From the NCBI GenBank assembly GCA_949297805.1, contig CASFTG010000002.1, positions 15,871 through 79,870 of the forward strand: 64,000 nt of DNA, given 5' to 3'. Of this stretch, positions 1-11,359 are shown in pieces. A program made the translations under genes and the position numbers. The first letter of the stretch is position 1, and every line of letters begins with the position of its first letter. The notes under the pieces are model-generated. The model was given only the letters and a program-made list of their open reading frames with translations, did no database searches and was not told where the DNA came from. Origin of the DNA: an uncultured bacterium. Its GTDB lineage: Bacteria > Bacillota_I > Bacilli_A > RFN20 > CAG-826.

Positions 1-57
1 CTTGATCTTCTTCTTGCGGGCGGTGGTGGATTTGCCTTTGGTCTTAGTGTTAGCCAT
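1..57 (-). CDS. rpsK: 30S ribosomal protein S11, 5' part (runs off window)
   Basis: Reverse complement reads MANTKTKGKSTTARKKKIK after an SD (GGAGG); position directly after rpsM in the alpha operon. Confidence 0.85.
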   Translation of the reverse strand, partial: MANTKTKGKSTTARKKKIK

Positions 58-71
58 TTTCTTATCCCTCC

Positions 72-446
72 TTACTTAGTCGCCTGCTTCTTGTTGGCGA
101 TGGTCTTCCGCTTGCCCTTGCGGGTCCGGGCGTTGGTCCGGGTCCGCTGGCCGCGAACCGGGAGGCCCCGTTTATGGCGGATGCCGCGGTAGCAGCCGAT
201 TTCGGTCAGGCGCTTGATGTTGAGGGCGGTCTCCCGACGGAGGTCGCCTTCGGTGTGGTATTTGCTGACCTCGTTCCGGAGAGCGGTCAATTGCTCATCG
301 GTGAGGTCCTTGGTCCGGATATCGACGTTGACCCCGGTCGCGGCGCAGATTTTCTCCGCGGTCGAGGGGCCGATGCCGTAAATGTAGGTGAGGGAAACGA
401 CGATGCGCTTCTCGTTGGGGATATCGACCCCGACAATACGTGCCAT
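72..446 (-). CDS. rpsM: 30S ribosomal protein S13
   Basis: [10 protein letters not shown]...[26 protein letters not shown] signature. Confidence 0.99.
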   Translation of the reverse strand: MARIVGVDIPNEKRIVVSLTYIYGIGPSTAEKICAATGVNVDIRTKDLTDEQLTALRNEVSKYHTEGDLRRETALNIKRLTEIGCYRGIRHKRGLPVRGQRTRTNARTRKGKRKTIANKKQATK

Positions 447-467
447 ATTCTGTTAACTCCTTTTGGC

Positions 468-581
468 TCAACCCTGACGCTGCTTATGCTTGGGGTTGGA
501 GCAGATGACCATGACTTTGCCATGGCGCCGAATGACTTTGCATTTATCGCAAATCGGCTTGACGGACGGTCTGACTTTCAT
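468..581 (-). CDS. rpmJ: 50S ribosomal protein L36 (Zn-ribbon type); absent from the ORF track
   Basis: Manual translation [37 protein letters not shown]. Confidence 0.98.
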   Translation of the reverse strand: MKVRPSVKPICDKCKVIRRHGKVMVICSNPKHKQRQG

Positions 582-594
582 TTTCTTTACTCCT

Positions 595-859
595 TTAGTT
601 CCGATGGCGGAACGTGATGCGCCCACGTGTTAAATCGTAAGGTGAGAATTGGACCGTGACCCGATCGCCGGGGAGAATGCGGATGTAATTCATCCGGATT
701 TTGCCCGAAACGCAGGAGAATGCGGATGTAATTCATCCGGATTTTGCCCGAAACGCAGGCTTGGACCACGGCTCCGTTGGCGAGTTTCACCTTGAAGTTG
801 GTGCCGGGTAGGCACTCGATGACGGTCGCCTCGACTTCAATGCAGTCCTCTTTGCTCAA
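595..859 (-). pseudogene. infA: Translation initiation factor IF-1, frameshifted as assembled by a 43-bp tandem duplication
   Basis: N-terminal [29 protein letters not shown]...[12 protein letters not shown]; removing one repeat copy restores [25 protein letters not shown] (73 aa). May be an assembly artefact of an intact gene. Confidence 0.9.
672..757. repeat. Perfect 43-bp tandem duplication inside infA
   Basis: GGAGAATGCGGATGTAATTCATCCGGATTTTGCCCGAAACGCA at 672-714 and 715-757. Confidence 0.97.
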
Positions 860-873
860 GTTGCTTCCTCCTT

Positions 874-1623
874 TTAGAGTTGGGTTAGGATCCGATAACC
901 GGAACTGGTGACGGCGATGGTGTTCTCGTAATGGGAGGTTAAGCCCCCATCCTTGGCTACCACCGTCCAGCCATCCTTCATGATCCGGACGGCGTTATGG
1001 TGCTCGAGGATCATCGGCTCGATGCAGATGGTCATCCCTTCCCGGAGAATCGGTCCGGTGCCAGGCTTACCATAGCAAGGAATGTAGGGATCCTCATGCA
1101 TCGAGGTCCCGATCCCGTGGCCGGTGAAGTCCCGGGGGACCGAGCAGCCGTATTTGGCCGCCGTCGCCTCGATGGCGTGGCTGACGTCGCCGAGATGCAC
1201 CCCCGGTTTGACTAAGGCCACCGCGGCTTCGAAGCACTCCTGGGCGATTCTAATCATCCGCAGGGCCCGTTCGCCGCAGATGCCGACCGGGTAAGTCCGG
1301 CAGGCGTCCCCGACGTAGCCATTTTTCGTGGCGCAGAGATCGAGGGAGACGATGTCGCCATCCTTGAGTATCTTCTTCGCCGAAGGAATCCCGTGGAGGA
1401 TGACTTCGTTGACCGAGGCGCAGATGCTGGCCGGATAGCCGCAATAACCTAGCTCAGAGGGGATGGCCCCTTCGCGCCGGATGACGGCTTCGGCGGCGTC
1501 ATTGAGTTCAAGGGTGGAGACCCCGGGTTTGACCAGGGGCCCCACTTCCTCAAATACTTTGGCCACCACGCGGCCGGCTTCGGCCATCAACTCAATTTCC
1601 CGAGGGGATTTGATGATGATCAC
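874..1623 (-). CDS. map: Methionine aminopeptidase type I
   Basis: [38 protein letters not shown] motifs; secY-adk-map-infA order. Confidence 0.97.
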   Translation of the reverse strand: MIIIKSPREIELMAEAGRVVAKVFEEVGPLVKPGVSTLELNDAAEAVIRREGAIPSELGYCGYPASICASVNEVILHGIPSAKKILKDGDIVSLDLCATKNGYVGDACRTYPVGICGERALRMIRIAQECFEAAVALVKPGVHLGDVSHAIEATAAKYGCSVPRDFTGHGIGTSMHEDPYIPCYGKPGTGPILREGMTICIEPMILEHHNAVRIMKDGWTVVAKDGGLTSHYENTIAVTSSGYRILTQL

Positions 1624-2273
1624 TTAAGCGCCTCGAGCTCAGCGGAGATTTCGCCAAGCAATTCCTGAAGCGGCTTGGTCCCGTCGAAGCATTTATAGAG
1701 TCCTTTGGCTTTATAGAAGTCGACGAGCGGCTGGGTGGATTTGTAGTAATTGTCGAGCCGGGTTTTGAAGGACTCGGCGTTGTCGTCTTTCCGTTGGATC
1801 AACTCGGCGCCGCAACGGTCGCAGATGCCCTCGACCTTCGGTTTCATCGTATCGATATGATACGAGGCCCCGCATTTGGGGCAAACCCGTCTTCCGGAGA
1901 TCCGGCGGATGAGTTCAGCTTCCGGCACTTCGAGGTCGATGACCAAGGTGACCGGGCGGCCGATCTCTTCGCCCATCTTCTCCAAGGCTTCAGCTTGGGG
2001 AATGGTCCGGGGGAACCCATCGAGGAGGTAGCCTTTCGCGCAGTCGTCCTGGCTTAGCCGCTCCTTGACCAAGGCGCAGGTGACATCATCGGGGACGAGA
2101 TCGCCTCTAGCGATGATGGCCTGGGCCTGCAGACCCAAGGGGGTCTTCTTGGCGATGGCTTCCCGGAACATATCCCCGGTGGAGATATGGGGGAGATGGA
2201 ACTTATCGACGAGATGGGTGGCCTGGGTGCCTTTGCCGGCGCCCGGGGGGCCCATTAAGATGATGTTGAGCAT
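1620..2273 (-). CDS. adk: Adenylate kinase (Zn-finger LID)
   Basis: GPPGAGKGTQA, HISTGDMFR, LDGFPRT, CPKC..CDRC. Confidence 0.98.
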   Translation of the reverse strand: MLNIILMGPPGAGKGTQATHLVDKFHLPHISTGDMFREAIAKKTPLGLQAQAIIARGDLVPDDVTCALVKERLSQDDCAKGYLLDGFPRTIPQAEALEKMGEEIGRPVTLVIDLEVPEAELIRRISGRRVCPKCGASYHIDTMKPKVEGICDRCGAELIQRKDDNAESFKTRLDNYYKSTQPLVDFYKAKGLYKCFDGTKPLQELLGEISAELEALK

Positions 2274-3634
2274 TATTGCATTCCTCCGGATACTTCTTCG
2301 AACGACTTGCCAGCCAGCAAGCCATCGATCTGGTTGTTAAGCTCGATGCAGACGCCGACGATGATGATCATGCCGGTGCCGCCGATGGCCAAGCTCGAGT
2401 CATTCCCGAACACCCCGGAGAGAACCAGGACGAGGGGGAGGGCCGAGATGGCGGCGAGGGCGAGGGCCCCGATGCAGGTGACGCGGTTGAGAACCTTGCC
2501 GACGTAACGGGCGGTTTCCTTGCCCGGGCGGATGCCGGGGATGAAGGAGCCGTTGCGTTGGAAGTTCTCGCTTAATTGCTCCGGGTCCATCTGCATTTGG
2601 GCGTAGAAGAAGGCGAAGACGATGATGAGGGCGAGGTAGATCAATAACCCCCAAGGCATCCCCCACGTCTCCCCGTTGAACCAAGGCATCTCATACATCT
2701 CCGAGTAGGAGAAGATGGTGAGCCACTTGGCTTCGCTGGCCTCGGGCGAGATGAAGCTCGCGATGACCGAGGGGGCCATCATGATCGAGGAAGCGAAGAT
2801 GACGGGGATGACGCCAGCCGAGTTGACCTTGATTGGCAAGTAGCTGGCTTTGCTCATCGAGGCCGAGGGACCGGACTTCCCGGCATGTTGGACCGGGATT
2901 TTCCGGCGGCTGGTCTCGAAGAAGACGACCCCGGCGATGATGAGGATGAAGGCGAGGATGTAGAGGGCGAATTGGAACGCCCCGGTGATGAGCTCAGTCG
3001 ATCCGTGGTCGACGTTGGCGGTGATCCATTTCGTCCAAGCGGTCGAGAGCTGAACCGGCAGGCTGCGGACGCAGCCGGCAAAGATGACGACGGAGATGCC
3101 GTTGCCGAGCCCCTTCTCGGTGATCTGGTCGCCAAGCCACATGGTGAGCATCGCCCCGGCTAGCAAGACGGTGACGATGTAGGCGTAGGTCCAGAAGTTG
3201 TCCTCCATCGTAAGGCTGATATAGGAGTTGTTCTGCATCGTCATGATGATCCCGTAAGCCTGGACCGCCCCGAGAAGGAGCGTCAGGTAACGGGTCGCCA
3301 TTTCGATTTTCTTCCGCCCATACTGGCCTTGCTTGCTTAATTCGGTCAAGGCCGGCAGAACGTCTTTCGAGAGCAACTGGATGATGATCTGGGCGGTAAT
3401 GTAAGGGGAGACGCCTAAGGCGAACACGGAGAAGTTCGACAAGGCACCGCCGCCGAGAAGGTCCATCATGGCGATGGCGTTGCCGGAGTTAAGCGCATCG
3501 CTTAATTCCGAGCCGACGCTGACGCCCGGGACCGTGATAGCCGCCCCGATTCTGAGCACGAACAATATCATGACCGTGAAGAATATCCGGCCGACGATAT
3601 CTTTGTTTTTGAAGATCGAGACGAACTTTTTCAT
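2273..3634 (-). CDS. secY: Preprotein translocase subunit SecY
   Basis: FALGVSPYITAQII, GLGNGISVVIF, AGVIPVIFASS, FIPGIRPG. Confidence 0.98.
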   Translation of the reverse strand: MKKFVSIFKNKDIVGRIFFTVMILFVLRIGAAITVPGVSVGSELSDALNSGNAIAMMDLLGGGALSNFSVFALGVSPYITAQIIIQLLSKDVLPALTELSKQGQYGRKKIEMATRYLTLLLGAVQAYGIIMTMQNNSYISLTMEDNFWTYAYIVTVLLAGAMLTMWLGDQITEKGLGNGISVVIFAGCVRSLPVQLSTAWTKWITANVDHGSTELITGAFQFALYILAFILIIAGVVFFETSRRKIPVQHAGKSGPSASMSKASYLPIKVNSAGVIPVIFASSIMMAPSVIASFISPEASEAKWLTIFSYSEMYEMPWFNGETWGMPWGLLIYLALIIVFAFFYAQMQMDPEQLSENFQRNGSFIPGIRPGKETARYVGKVLNRVTCIGALALAAISALPLVLVLSGVFGNDSSLAIGGTGMIIIVGVCIELNNQIDGLLAGKSFEEVSGGMQ

Positions 3635-4086
3635 TATTCGATGACCTTGGCCTCTCCGCCTTTGTCCTCGATCGCTTTCTTAGCCGAGGCCGAGAAGGCT
3701 TTGGCTTCGACGATCAACTTCTTGGAAAGGGTTCCTTTCCCGAGGATTTTAACACCATCGAACTCTTTCTTGATGATGTTCTTTTCGCGGAGGGTGACCG
3801 CATTGACCGTTTCGCCGTCTTTGAAGGCGTTCAACCGATCGAGGTTGACCGCGACATAGACGATGCGGCGATTCTTATGCGATTTGCGGAAACCGAATTT
3901 CGGGAGCCGACGAGCGATCGGGGTCTGGCCGCCTTCGTACCCGTTTTTCTTGGTGTGCGAGTGGGCGCCTTGGCCTTTCATGCCCTTGCCGGCGGTTTTG
4001 CCGTTGCCGCTGCCCCGACCGCGACCTTTGCGGAAGCTATCGGTCCGGGCCCCGGCGGCGTTTTGGAGGTTCGATAGGGATGACAT
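3634..4086 (-). CDS. rplO: 50S ribosomal protein L15
   Basis: GRGRGSGNGKTAGKGMKGQ, YEGGQTP..RRLPKFGF. Confidence 0.98.
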   Translation of the reverse strand: MSSLSNLQNAAGARTDSFRKGRGRGSGNGKTAGKGMKGQGAHSHTKKNGYEGGQTPIARRLPKFGFRKSHKNRRIVYVAVNLDRLNAFKDGETVNAVTLREKNIIKKEFDGVKILGKGTLSKKLIVEAKAFSASAKKAIEDKGGEAKVIE

Positions 4087-4088
4087 GG

Positions 4089-4808
4089 TTATTTATCTCC
4101 TTTCTCGTGGCTCTTGGCGGCGCGGCGAGCTTTCAGTTCCTCTTCGGTCTTCAGGCCACGGAGGAGCATGACCTCGTCGTAGCGCTTGAGCGCATTAAGC
4201 CCGGCATGGGTCGCCCGGATAACGTTGATGGGGGCGCGGGAGCCATAGACCTTGGAAACCAGGTTCTTGACCCCGGCGAGCTCAACGATGGCCCGGACCG
4301 GCCCACCGGCGACGATGCCAGTGCCCGGACGGGCGGGTTTGAGGACGACTTTGGTCGAGCCATAGACGCCGACCACGTCATGGGCGATGGTGCCGTTGGC
4401 GTTGATCTCGATGGTGCTCATCCCCTTGCGGGCTTTGGCGAGCGCCTTCTTGATGGCGTCGGGGACTTCGCTCGATTTGCAGAGGGCGAAGCCGTATTTG
4501 CCTTTGCCATCGCCGACGACGGCTAAGGCCGAGAAGCGGACATGCTTGCCGCCTTGGACGGTTTTGGAGATGCGGTTGATCTTGACCACCCGCTCAGCAT
4601 AATCGTCGACGTTGCGGCGGAAGCCACCCCGGCCACCCCGCCGTTCGGACGGGCGGCCTTTCCGGGAGCCGAACTTCCGATCGCCCGGACGGGGCGCGGC
4701 AGCGGAGCCATGGGGCTCATAGCCCTGGGCATTGTCCTCGGCGGCGACTTCTTCGGTATTTTCTTCCGCGGGGGTCTCCGCGGCGATGTTCTTTTCTTCT
4801 TCCATCAT
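4089..4808 (-). CDS. rpsE: 30S ribosomal protein S5 with long N-terminal extension
   Basis: ERVVKINRISKTVQGGK..RFSALAVVGDGKG, PARPGTGIVAGG. Confidence 0.97.
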   Translation of the reverse strand: MMEEEKNIAAETPAEENTEEVAAEDNAQGYEPHGSAAAPRPGDRKFGSRKGRPSERRGGRGGFRRNVDDYAERVVKINRISKTVQGGKHVRFSALAVVGDGKGKYGFALCKSSEVPDAIKKALAKARKGMSTIEINANGTIAHDVVGVYGSTKVVLKPARPGTGIVAGGPVRAIVELAGVKNLVSKVYGSRAPINVIRATHAGLNALKRYDEVMLLRGLKTEEELKARRAAKSHEKGDK

Positions 4809-4816
4809 GAATCTCC

Positions 4817-5173
4817 TTAGAACTTGAGACCCGCTTCGCGAGCGGCGTCGGCGAGGGCGGCGACCCGGCCATGGTAGATATATCCGCCACGGTCGAAGAC
4901 GACCTTCTCGATGCCTTTGGCTTTGGCTTTGGCAGCTAAGTCAGCCCCGACTTTGGCAGCCGCTTCGCAGTTGCCGCCATTGGCGAGGTGAAGCTGGGTG
5001 GACGAGGAGGAGACCAAGGTGACGCCTTTTTCGTCATCGATGATCTGGGCTTCGATGTTCTTGTTGGAGCGATAGACGCATAGACGCGGGGTCTCGGCGG
5101 TGCCGGAGATCTTCTCCCGGACCCGCAGGTGACGGCGGAGACGGATGCTGTTTCTCGATTCTTTCGCGATCAT
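4817..5173 (-). CDS. rplR: 50S ribosomal protein L18
   Basis: [32 protein letters not shown]. Confidence 0.98.
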   Translation of the reverse strand: MIAKESRNSIRLRRHLRVREKISGTAETPRLCVYRSNKNIEAQIIDDEKGVTLVSSSSTQLHLANGGNCEAAAKVGADLAAKAKAKGIEKVVFDRGGYIYHGRVAALADAAREAGLKF

Positions 5174-5188
5174 AATTCACAGACTCCT

Positions 5189-5737
5189 TTACTTCTTGCC
5201 GCCGGCGGCGCGCTTGCCTTCCTTGCGGATGATGACTTCGCCCTTGTACTTGATGCCTTTGCCACCATAGGGCTCCGGCCGCTTGGTGTCATGGATGAGG
5301 GCGGCGGTTTGACCGACTTTCTGCTTGTCGATGCCCTCGACCACGATGTGGGTCTCGTCGGGGGCGGAGATCTTCACGCCTTCGACGGGGGAGACGACGA
5401 CTTCATGGGAGAAGCCGACATTGAGGACCAAATCGGTGCCCCGCATGGCGCAGCGGTAGCCGATGCCCGAGATCTCCAGTTCCTTTTTGAACCCCTCGGA
5501 GACGCCGACGACGGCGTTGTGGAGGTTGGCCCGGGTGGTGCCATGGAGTTCGAGATCGCGCTGAGTCTCGCCAGCACGGTGGCAGAGTAGGTGGCCGTCT
5601 TTGACCTCGACGCTGACGTTGCTCGGAATAGCGACGCTTAATTCGCCTTTGGCTCCTTTGACGGCGACGACCCCGTCTTTGATTTCGACGGAGACGCCCT
5701 CAGGAAGAACGACGGGTTTGAATCCGATACGTGACAT
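5189..5737 (-). CDS. rplF: 50S ribosomal protein L6
   Basis: MSRIG.KP, GIDKQKVGQ, PEPYGGKGIKY. Confidence 0.98.
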   Translation of the reverse strand: MSRIGFKPVVLPEGVSVEIKDGVVAVKGAKGELSVAIPSNVSVEVKDGHLLCHRAGETQRDLELHGTTRANLHNAVVGVSEGFKKELEISGIGYRCAMRGTDLVLNVGFSHEVVVSPVEGVKISAPDETHIVVEGIDKQKVGQTAALIHDTKRPEPYGGKGIKYKGEVIIRKEGKRAAGGKK

Positions 5738-5752
5738 TGCTTTTCCTCCTGT

Positions 5753-6148
5753 TTACCAGACGTAGCAGAGGACTTCGCCGCCGACGTGGGCCTTTCTCGC
5801 CTGATGGTCGGTGAGCAAGCCATTCGGCGTGGAGACGATGGCGATGCCGAGTCCTTTGAGGACGCTGGGGATCTTGTCGGCTTCCGCGTAGACGCGGAGG
5901 CCCGGCTTGGAGATCCGCTTCAAGCCGGAGATGACCCTCTCCCCGGAGGAAGAGTATTTGAGGACGATGGTGAGGGTTTTCTTCCCCTTCTCCTCCTCGA
6001 CGCGATAGGATTCGATGAACCCTTGGTTTTTGAGGATCTCAGCGATCCCCTCTTTGATCTTGCTGCTCGGAAGGGAGACTTCCTCGTACCGGAGCTTGTT
6101 GGCGTTCCGGATGCGGGTGAGCATATCGGCGATTGGATCAGCGTTCAT
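5753..6148 (-). CDS. rpsH: 30S ribosomal protein S8
   Basis: [32 protein letters not shown]. Confidence 0.98.
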   Translation of the reverse strand: MNADPIADMLTRIRNANKLRYEEVSLPSSKIKEGIAEILKNQGFIESYRVEEEKGKKTLTIVLKYSSSGERVISGLKRISKPGLRVYAEADKIPSVLKGLGIAIVSTPNGLLTDHQARKAHVGGEVLCYVW

Positions 6149-6164
6149 GTTCTTTCTCCTTTCC

Positions 6165-6350
6165 TTACCACGAGGCCTTCTTCAGCCCCGGGATCTCGCC
6201 TTTGTAGGCCATCTCACGGAGGCAGATGCGGCAGAGGCCGAAGCGGCGGATGACGCCATGGGGACGTCCGCACCGCTTGCAGCGGGTGTATTCGCGGACC
6301 GCGAATTTCTGCGGGCGCGATTTCTTGACGACTAAGCTTTTCTTGGCCAT
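6165..6350 (-). CDS. rpsN: 30S ribosomal protein S14, short Zn-binding type; true start at 6350
   Basis: MAKKS...RCKRCGRP...[10 protein letters not shown]...[11 protein letters not shown] (61 aa). Confidence 0.97.
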   Translation of the reverse strand: MAKKSLVVKKSRPQKFAVREYTRCKRCGRPHGVIRRFGLCRICLREMAYKGEIPGLKKASW

Positions 6351-6354
6351 TTGC

Positions 6355-7023
6355 TTACCTCCTGAACGGCATGCCGAGCTTATCGAGCAGGGCGGCCGCT
6401 TCCTTATCGGTGTTGGCGGTGGTGACGATGACGACATCCATGCCGCGGACCTTGGTGACTTTATCGTAGTCGATTTCCGGGAAGATCAATTGTTCCTTGA
6501 CCCCGAGGGTGTAGTTGCCATGGCCATCGAAGGCGTTGCGGGAGACGCCGCGGAAGTCGCGGACCCGCGGAAGGGCGATGGAGACGAGCTTATCGAGGAA
6601 TTCGTACATCCGAACGCCCCGGAGGGTGACCTTGCACCCGATGGCTTGTCCTTCGCGGACCTTGAAGGTCGCGATGCTCTTCTTGGCTTTGGTGACGACC
6701 GGTTTTTGACCGGCGATGGTGGTTAAATCGGCGACCGCGTCATCGAGCGCCTTGGCATTAGCGGTAGCATCGCCAACTCCGATGTTGATGACGATCTTCT
6801 CAAGGCGCGGGGCCTGCATGATCGAGGTGTAACCGAATTCTTTGACGAGTTCGGGGATGACCTCATTCCGATACTTGGCTAAGAGCCGGTTGCTCGGAGC
6901 GGCGACTTTCTTGGCCGCCTTCTTCTCGACTTTGGCTTCCGCCGCTTCGGCTTTGGGGGCCGCTTTCTTGGCGGTACTCTTCTTGGGGGCCGCCTTGACG
7001 GCTTTCTTGGTTTCTTCTGCCAT
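6355..7023 (-). CDS. rplE: 50S ribosomal protein L5 with ~43-aa AK-rich N-terminal extension
   Basis: [38 protein letters not shown]. Confidence 0.98.
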   Translation of the reverse strand: MAEETKKAVKAAPKKSTAKKAAPKAEAAEAKVEKKAAKKVAAPSNRLLAKYRNEVIPELVKEFGYTSIMQAPRLEKIVINIGVGDATANAKALDDAVADLTTIAGQKPVVTKAKKSIATFKVREGQAIGCKVTLRGVRMYEFLDKLVSIALPRVRDFRGVSRNAFDGHGNYTLGVKEQLIFPEIDYDKVTKVRGMDVVIVTTANTDKEAAALLDKLGMPFRR

Positions 7024-7037
7024 TTGGGCTTCCTCCT

Positions 7038-7346
7038 TTACTTGTCGAGGCTCTCGCCGGATTTGGCGAGGCGGACTTTCTTGCCGTTCACGGTGCCCAT
7101 GTGGACCCGGGTCGGCTTCTTGGTTTTCGGATCGATGAGGGCGACGTTGCTCGCATCGAAGGGAACGTAGATCTCGACGACCGACCCTTCGGGGACGGCT
7201 TGCGTCGGCTTCTTGTGCTTCTTGTGGACATTGACGCCTTCGACGACGACTTTGTTGAGCTTGGGGTAGACGCGCTGCACGATACCCTCTTTGCCTTTGT
7301 CGGCGCCGGAGATGACGATGACCTTATCACCTTTTTTGATGTTCAT
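7038..7346 (-). CDS. rplX: 50S ribosomal protein L24
   Basis: [22 protein letters not shown] motif. Confidence 0.98.
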   Translation of the reverse strand: MNIKKGDKVIVISGADKGKEGIVQRVYPKLNKVVVEGVNVHKKHKKPTQAVPEGSVVEIYVPFDASNVALIDPKTKKPTRVHMGTVNGKKVRLAKSGESLDK

Positions 7347-7357
7347 AGTCTTTCTCC

Positions 7358-7726
7358 TTATAGCACCTCGATGGCGAGCGAGATGATCTTCATGTAGCCC
7401 TTGTCGCGGAGCTCACGGGCGACCGGCCCGAAGACACGGGTGCCGATCGGGTTGCCGTCGTTATCGATCAAGACGATGGCGTTGTCGTCGAAGGCGATGG
7501 TCGAACCATCTTTCCGGAGGACCGGATGCTTGGTCCGGACGATGACCCCTTTGACGACGTCGCTTTTCTTAACCTTGCCATTCGGGATGGCGTCTTTGAC
7601 GGCGCAGAGGACGACATCCCCGATCGAGGAGGACTTCCGGTGGGAGCCGCCATAGAGGCGGAAGACCCGGACGGAGCGGGCGCCGGAGTTATCGGCGACC
7701 ACGAGATTGGTTTCGGTCTGGATCAT
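7358..7726 (-). CDS. rplN: 50S ribosomal protein L14
   Basis: [26 protein letters not shown]. Confidence 0.98.
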   Translation of the reverse strand: MIQTETNLVVADNSGARSVRVFRLYGGSHRKSSSIGDVVLCAVKDAIPNGKVKKSDVVKGVIVRTKHPVLRKDGSTIAFDDNAIVLIDNDGNPIGTRVFGPVARELRDKGYMKIISLAIEVL

Positions 7727-8055
7727 TATTTCGCCTCCTCATTGGTGACGACGCCTTCCGCCGCCTCAAGGGAAGCTTCGGTCTCGGCGACGGTTTCGGC
7801 TAAGCCGGCGTGCTTGTCGATCGAGACGAGGCGGTAGCGCTTCAGTTTCGATAACGGACGGCAGGCCATGATGGTGACGGTGTCGCCGAGCTTGGCGGCG
7901 TTGTTCTCGTCATGGGCGTAGTATTTCTTCGAATACCCGACCCGTTTCTGATAGATGGGGTCGTTGCGTTCGGTGGAGACGGTGACGACGATCGTCTTGT
8001 TCATCTTGACGGAAGTGACGACGCCGCTGACGCTGGTCCGATGATTTCTTTCCAT
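7726..8055 (-). CDS. rpsQ: 30S ribosomal protein S17 with acidic C-terminal tail
   Basis: [35 protein letters not shown]. Confidence 0.97.
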   Translation of the reverse strand: MERNHRTSVSGVVTSVKMNKTIVVTVSTERNDPIYQKRVGYSKKYYAHDENNAAKLGDTVTIMACRPLSKLKRYRLVSIDKHAGLAETVAETEASLEAAEGVVTNEEAK

Positions 8056-8067
8056 GGTCTTCTCTCC

Positions 8068-8268
8068 TTACTTTTCGATGCCAAGGGCCCGTTGGCGCTT
8101 GACGGTTTCGGCTTTGGCGAGGTCCTTGCGGACTAAGCGAACGTTCTCGCCGCGCTCGAGCTGCCCCACCGCTTTCTTGCGGCGAAGCTCGAAGAGCTCT
8201 TCCTTCAAGGCATAGATCTTCTGATTGAGCTCTTCCGAGGTAAGTTCGCGGAATTCTTTGATTTCCAT
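8068..8268 (-). CDS. rpmC: 50S ribosomal protein L29
   Basis: LKEELFELR...GQLE...VRKDLAK..T; operon position. Confidence 0.95.
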   Translation of the reverse strand: MEIKEFRELTSEELNQKIYALKEELFELRRKKAVGQLERGENVRLVRKDLAKAETVKRQRALGIEK

Positions 8269-8816
8269 TACTTGGCCTCCTCAGTGGCCGGGGCATCGCC
8301 GCCATTGTCGACGACGGTCTCGACCTGGATGTTGTCCTCTTTCTCGATCGCTTCGAGCGAGGATTCGTGGACCGCTTCCATCTTGAGGAGTTCAGCCTGG
8401 CTAAGGGCTTTGGTCCGCTTGATGACTTTGGTCTTGACCGGGAGTTTATACCCAGCGAGGCGCAGGGCTTCCTGAGCCTTGGCGGCATCGATGCCGCCGA
8501 TTTCGAACATGACGGTCCCTTTCTTAACGACCGCGACCCAGCCTTCGGGGGAGCCTTTGCCGGAACCCATACGGACTTCGGCCGGCTTCTTGGTCTTGGC
8601 AAGATGCGGGAAGATCCGGATCCAGACTTGGCCAGCCCGGTCAGTGCAGCGGGCTAAGACGATACGGGCGGATTCGATCTGATGGTCGGTGATGTAGTTG
8701 CCTTCGAGGGCGACTAAGCCATATTCGCCGAATTCGACGGAGGTCCCGCCTTTGGCCCGGCCTTCGTATTTGAGGCCGTGCGGGCGGCGGTATTTAACGC
8801 GCTTTGGTTGCAGCAT
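8268..8816 (-). CDS. rplP: 50S ribosomal protein L16 with acidic C-terminal extension
   Basis: [27 protein letters not shown]. Confidence 0.98.
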   Translation of the reverse strand: MLQPKRVKYRRPHGLKYEGRAKGGTSVEFGEYGLVALEGNYITDHQIESARIVLARCTDRAGQVWIRIFPHLAKTKKPAEVRMGSGKGSPEGWVAVVKKGTVMFEIGGIDAAKAQEALRLAGYKLPVKTKVIKRTKALSQAELLKMEAVHESSLEAIEKEDNIQVETVVDNGGDAPATEEAK

Positions 8817-9567
8817 TGTTGTTCATGCCTCCTTTGTTGTTGCCCCGGCGGCGATCGTCCCGGTTATTCGGGCGCGAATCCCGCGGCGCGGGCTCATTGA
8901 CTTCTTCGGTGCCAATCTTCGAGAGGGAACGGCAGATCCAGACCTTGACGCCGATCCGGCCATAGGTGGTGGCGGCGTCGACGTGGGCGAAGTCAATATC
9001 AGCCCGGATGGTGTGGAGGGGGACGACCCCTTCCTTATAGCCTTCGGCCCGGGCGATTTCCGCCCCACCAAGGCGACCCGAGCAGAGGGTCTTGCAACCC
9101 TTGGCCCCGGCTTTGCGCATCCGTTGGATGGCTTTCTTCATGGTCGAGCGGAAGGCCGCGCGGTTTTCAAGCTCGCTGGCGATCCACTTGGCGACGAGGG
9201 TGGCATCCAAGTCCGGATTGAGGATGTTAACGACGTTGAGGTCGAGCCGATCCTTGGCCGAATCGATCTTGAGGAGCTTGTTGAGCTCGGCGAGGAGCCG
9301 TTTCTTGTTCTCCCCTTCCTGCCCGAGCACTTCGCCCGGACGGGAGCAGTAGATCTTGACGTTGACGTTGTGGCCTTTGTCGGTCTTGACCCGCTCGATG
9401 ACGACTTTCGAGAGCATCGAGTTCTTGAGTTCTTTCTCAAGGTAGCCGCGGATCTTCATGTCTTCGACGATGAAGTTGCCGTAATCGGCTTTGGAAGCGA
9501 ACCATTTGGAGTTCCAGTCGCGGTTGATGCCGATCCGCATCCCGACTGCGTTGACTTTATGACCCAT
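8794..9567 (-). CDS. rpsC: 30S ribosomal protein S3
   Basis: [45 protein letters not shown]. Confidence 0.98.
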   Translation of the reverse strand: MGHKVNAVGMRIGINRDWNSKWFASKADYGNFIVEDMKIRGYLEKELKNSMLSKVVIERVKTDKGHNVNVKIYCSRPGEVLGQEGENKKRLLAELNKLLKIDSAKDRLDLNVVNILNPDLDATLVAKWIASELENRAAFRSTMKKAIQRMRKAGAKGCKTLCSGRLGGAEIARAEGYKEGVVPLHTIRADIDFAHVDAATTYGRIGVKVWICRSLSKIGTEEVNEPAPRDSRPNNRDDRRRGNNKGGMNNNAATKAR

Positions 9568-9572
9568 AGTGC

Positions 9573-10145
9573 TTACTTCCTTTCGGCAACGACGACCAGT
9601 AAGTTGGCGTTGCGCTTGATGATGGGCGAGGCAGAGCCTTTGGCCCGGGGGATATACCGCTTGATCTTCAAGCCATCGGAGACTTGGATCTCGGCGATGT
9701 AGAGGAGATCGGCCTCCATCCCGAAGTTATTGACGGCGTTGGCCGCGGCGCTTTTGATGGCCTTGGCCACCGGGGTGGCGGCGACGCGGTTGGTCTGGGC
9801 GAGGAGCCCGAGGGCGACGCTGACGCTCTTGCCGCGAACGATGTCGGCGACCAGGCGGACTTTCCGCGGGGTGATGCGAACATCACGGACGAAGCAACGA
9901 GCGGAGGTCGGCTTGGGTTTTTCCTCGACAACTTCGGCTTTGGCGGCTTCCTTGGCGGCTTTCTTAGCGGCTTTCTTCTCGACCTTGGCCGCTTTCTTGG
10001 CTTCCTTCGGGGTCAGTTCTTCTTTGACTTCCGGGGTCGCCGTTTCCTCGACCTTCTCCTCGACTTTCTTCTTCGGAGCGGTCTTCTTGGCCGGGGCCTT
10101 TTTCGCAGCCGGGGCCTTCTTCACGGTTTTCTTTTCTTCAGCCAT
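9573..10145 (-). CDS. rplV: 50S ribosomal protein L22 with ~80-aa AKE-rich N-terminal extension
   Basis: VRITPRKVRLVADIVRGK, SAAANA.NN, KRYIPRAKG. Confidence 0.97.
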   Translation of the reverse strand: MAEEKKTVKKAPAAKKAPAKKTAPKKKVEEKVEETATPEVKEELTPKEAKKAAKVEKKAAKKAAKEAAKAEVVEEKPKPTSARCFVRDVRITPRKVRLVADIVRGKSVSVALGLLAQTNRVAATPVAKAIKSAAANAVNNFGMEADLLYIAEIQVSDGLKIKRYIPRAKGSASPIIKRNANLLVVVAERK

Positions 10146-10156
10146 GTTCTGACTCC

Positions 10157-10444
10157 TTACTTCTTGGCGGCTTGATCGCCGACGTTGTTGCCATGGTGGC
10201 CCGGGAAGGTCCGGGTCGGGGCGAATTCGCCGAGCTTATGGCCGACCATATCCTCGGTCACGTAGACGGTGATATGTTCATGGCCGTTATAGACGGCGAA
10301 GGTCTGCTCGACGAAGGCGGGATAGATCGTCGAACGGCGAGACCAGGTCTTGATGATCTCTTTCTTGCCCGATTTCTGGATGGCTTCGACCTTCTTAAGA
10401 AGGTATTCATCCACGAACGGGGCTTTCTTAAGCGAACGAGACAT
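10157..10444 (-). CDS. rpsS: 30S ribosomal protein S19
   Basis: [33 protein letters not shown]. Confidence 0.99.
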   Translation of the reverse strand: MSRSLKKAPFVDEYLLKKVEAIQKSGKKEIIKTWSRRSTIYPAFVEQTFAVYNGHEHITVYVTEDMVGHKLGEFAPTRTFPGHHGNNVGDQAAKK

Positions 10445-10458
10445 GTTCTATCTCCTCC

Positions 10459-11295
<837 letters not shown>

Positions 11296-11359
11296 TTGTC
11301 TTTCTCCTATATTGGATTCTTTGTCTTTATATCCTTAATAGATATAGAGACGGGTGTGC

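Noticed and set aside
468..1622. Genome-wide UGA=Trp (code 4)
   Set aside because: rpmJ and adk end at TGA at their expected lengths, and Trp is TGG in conserved genes
11323..11351. Hairpin between rplW and rplB
   Set aside because: Simple 11-bp stem without a U-tract; probably an mRNA stability or processing element, with too little evidence for a regulatory RNA
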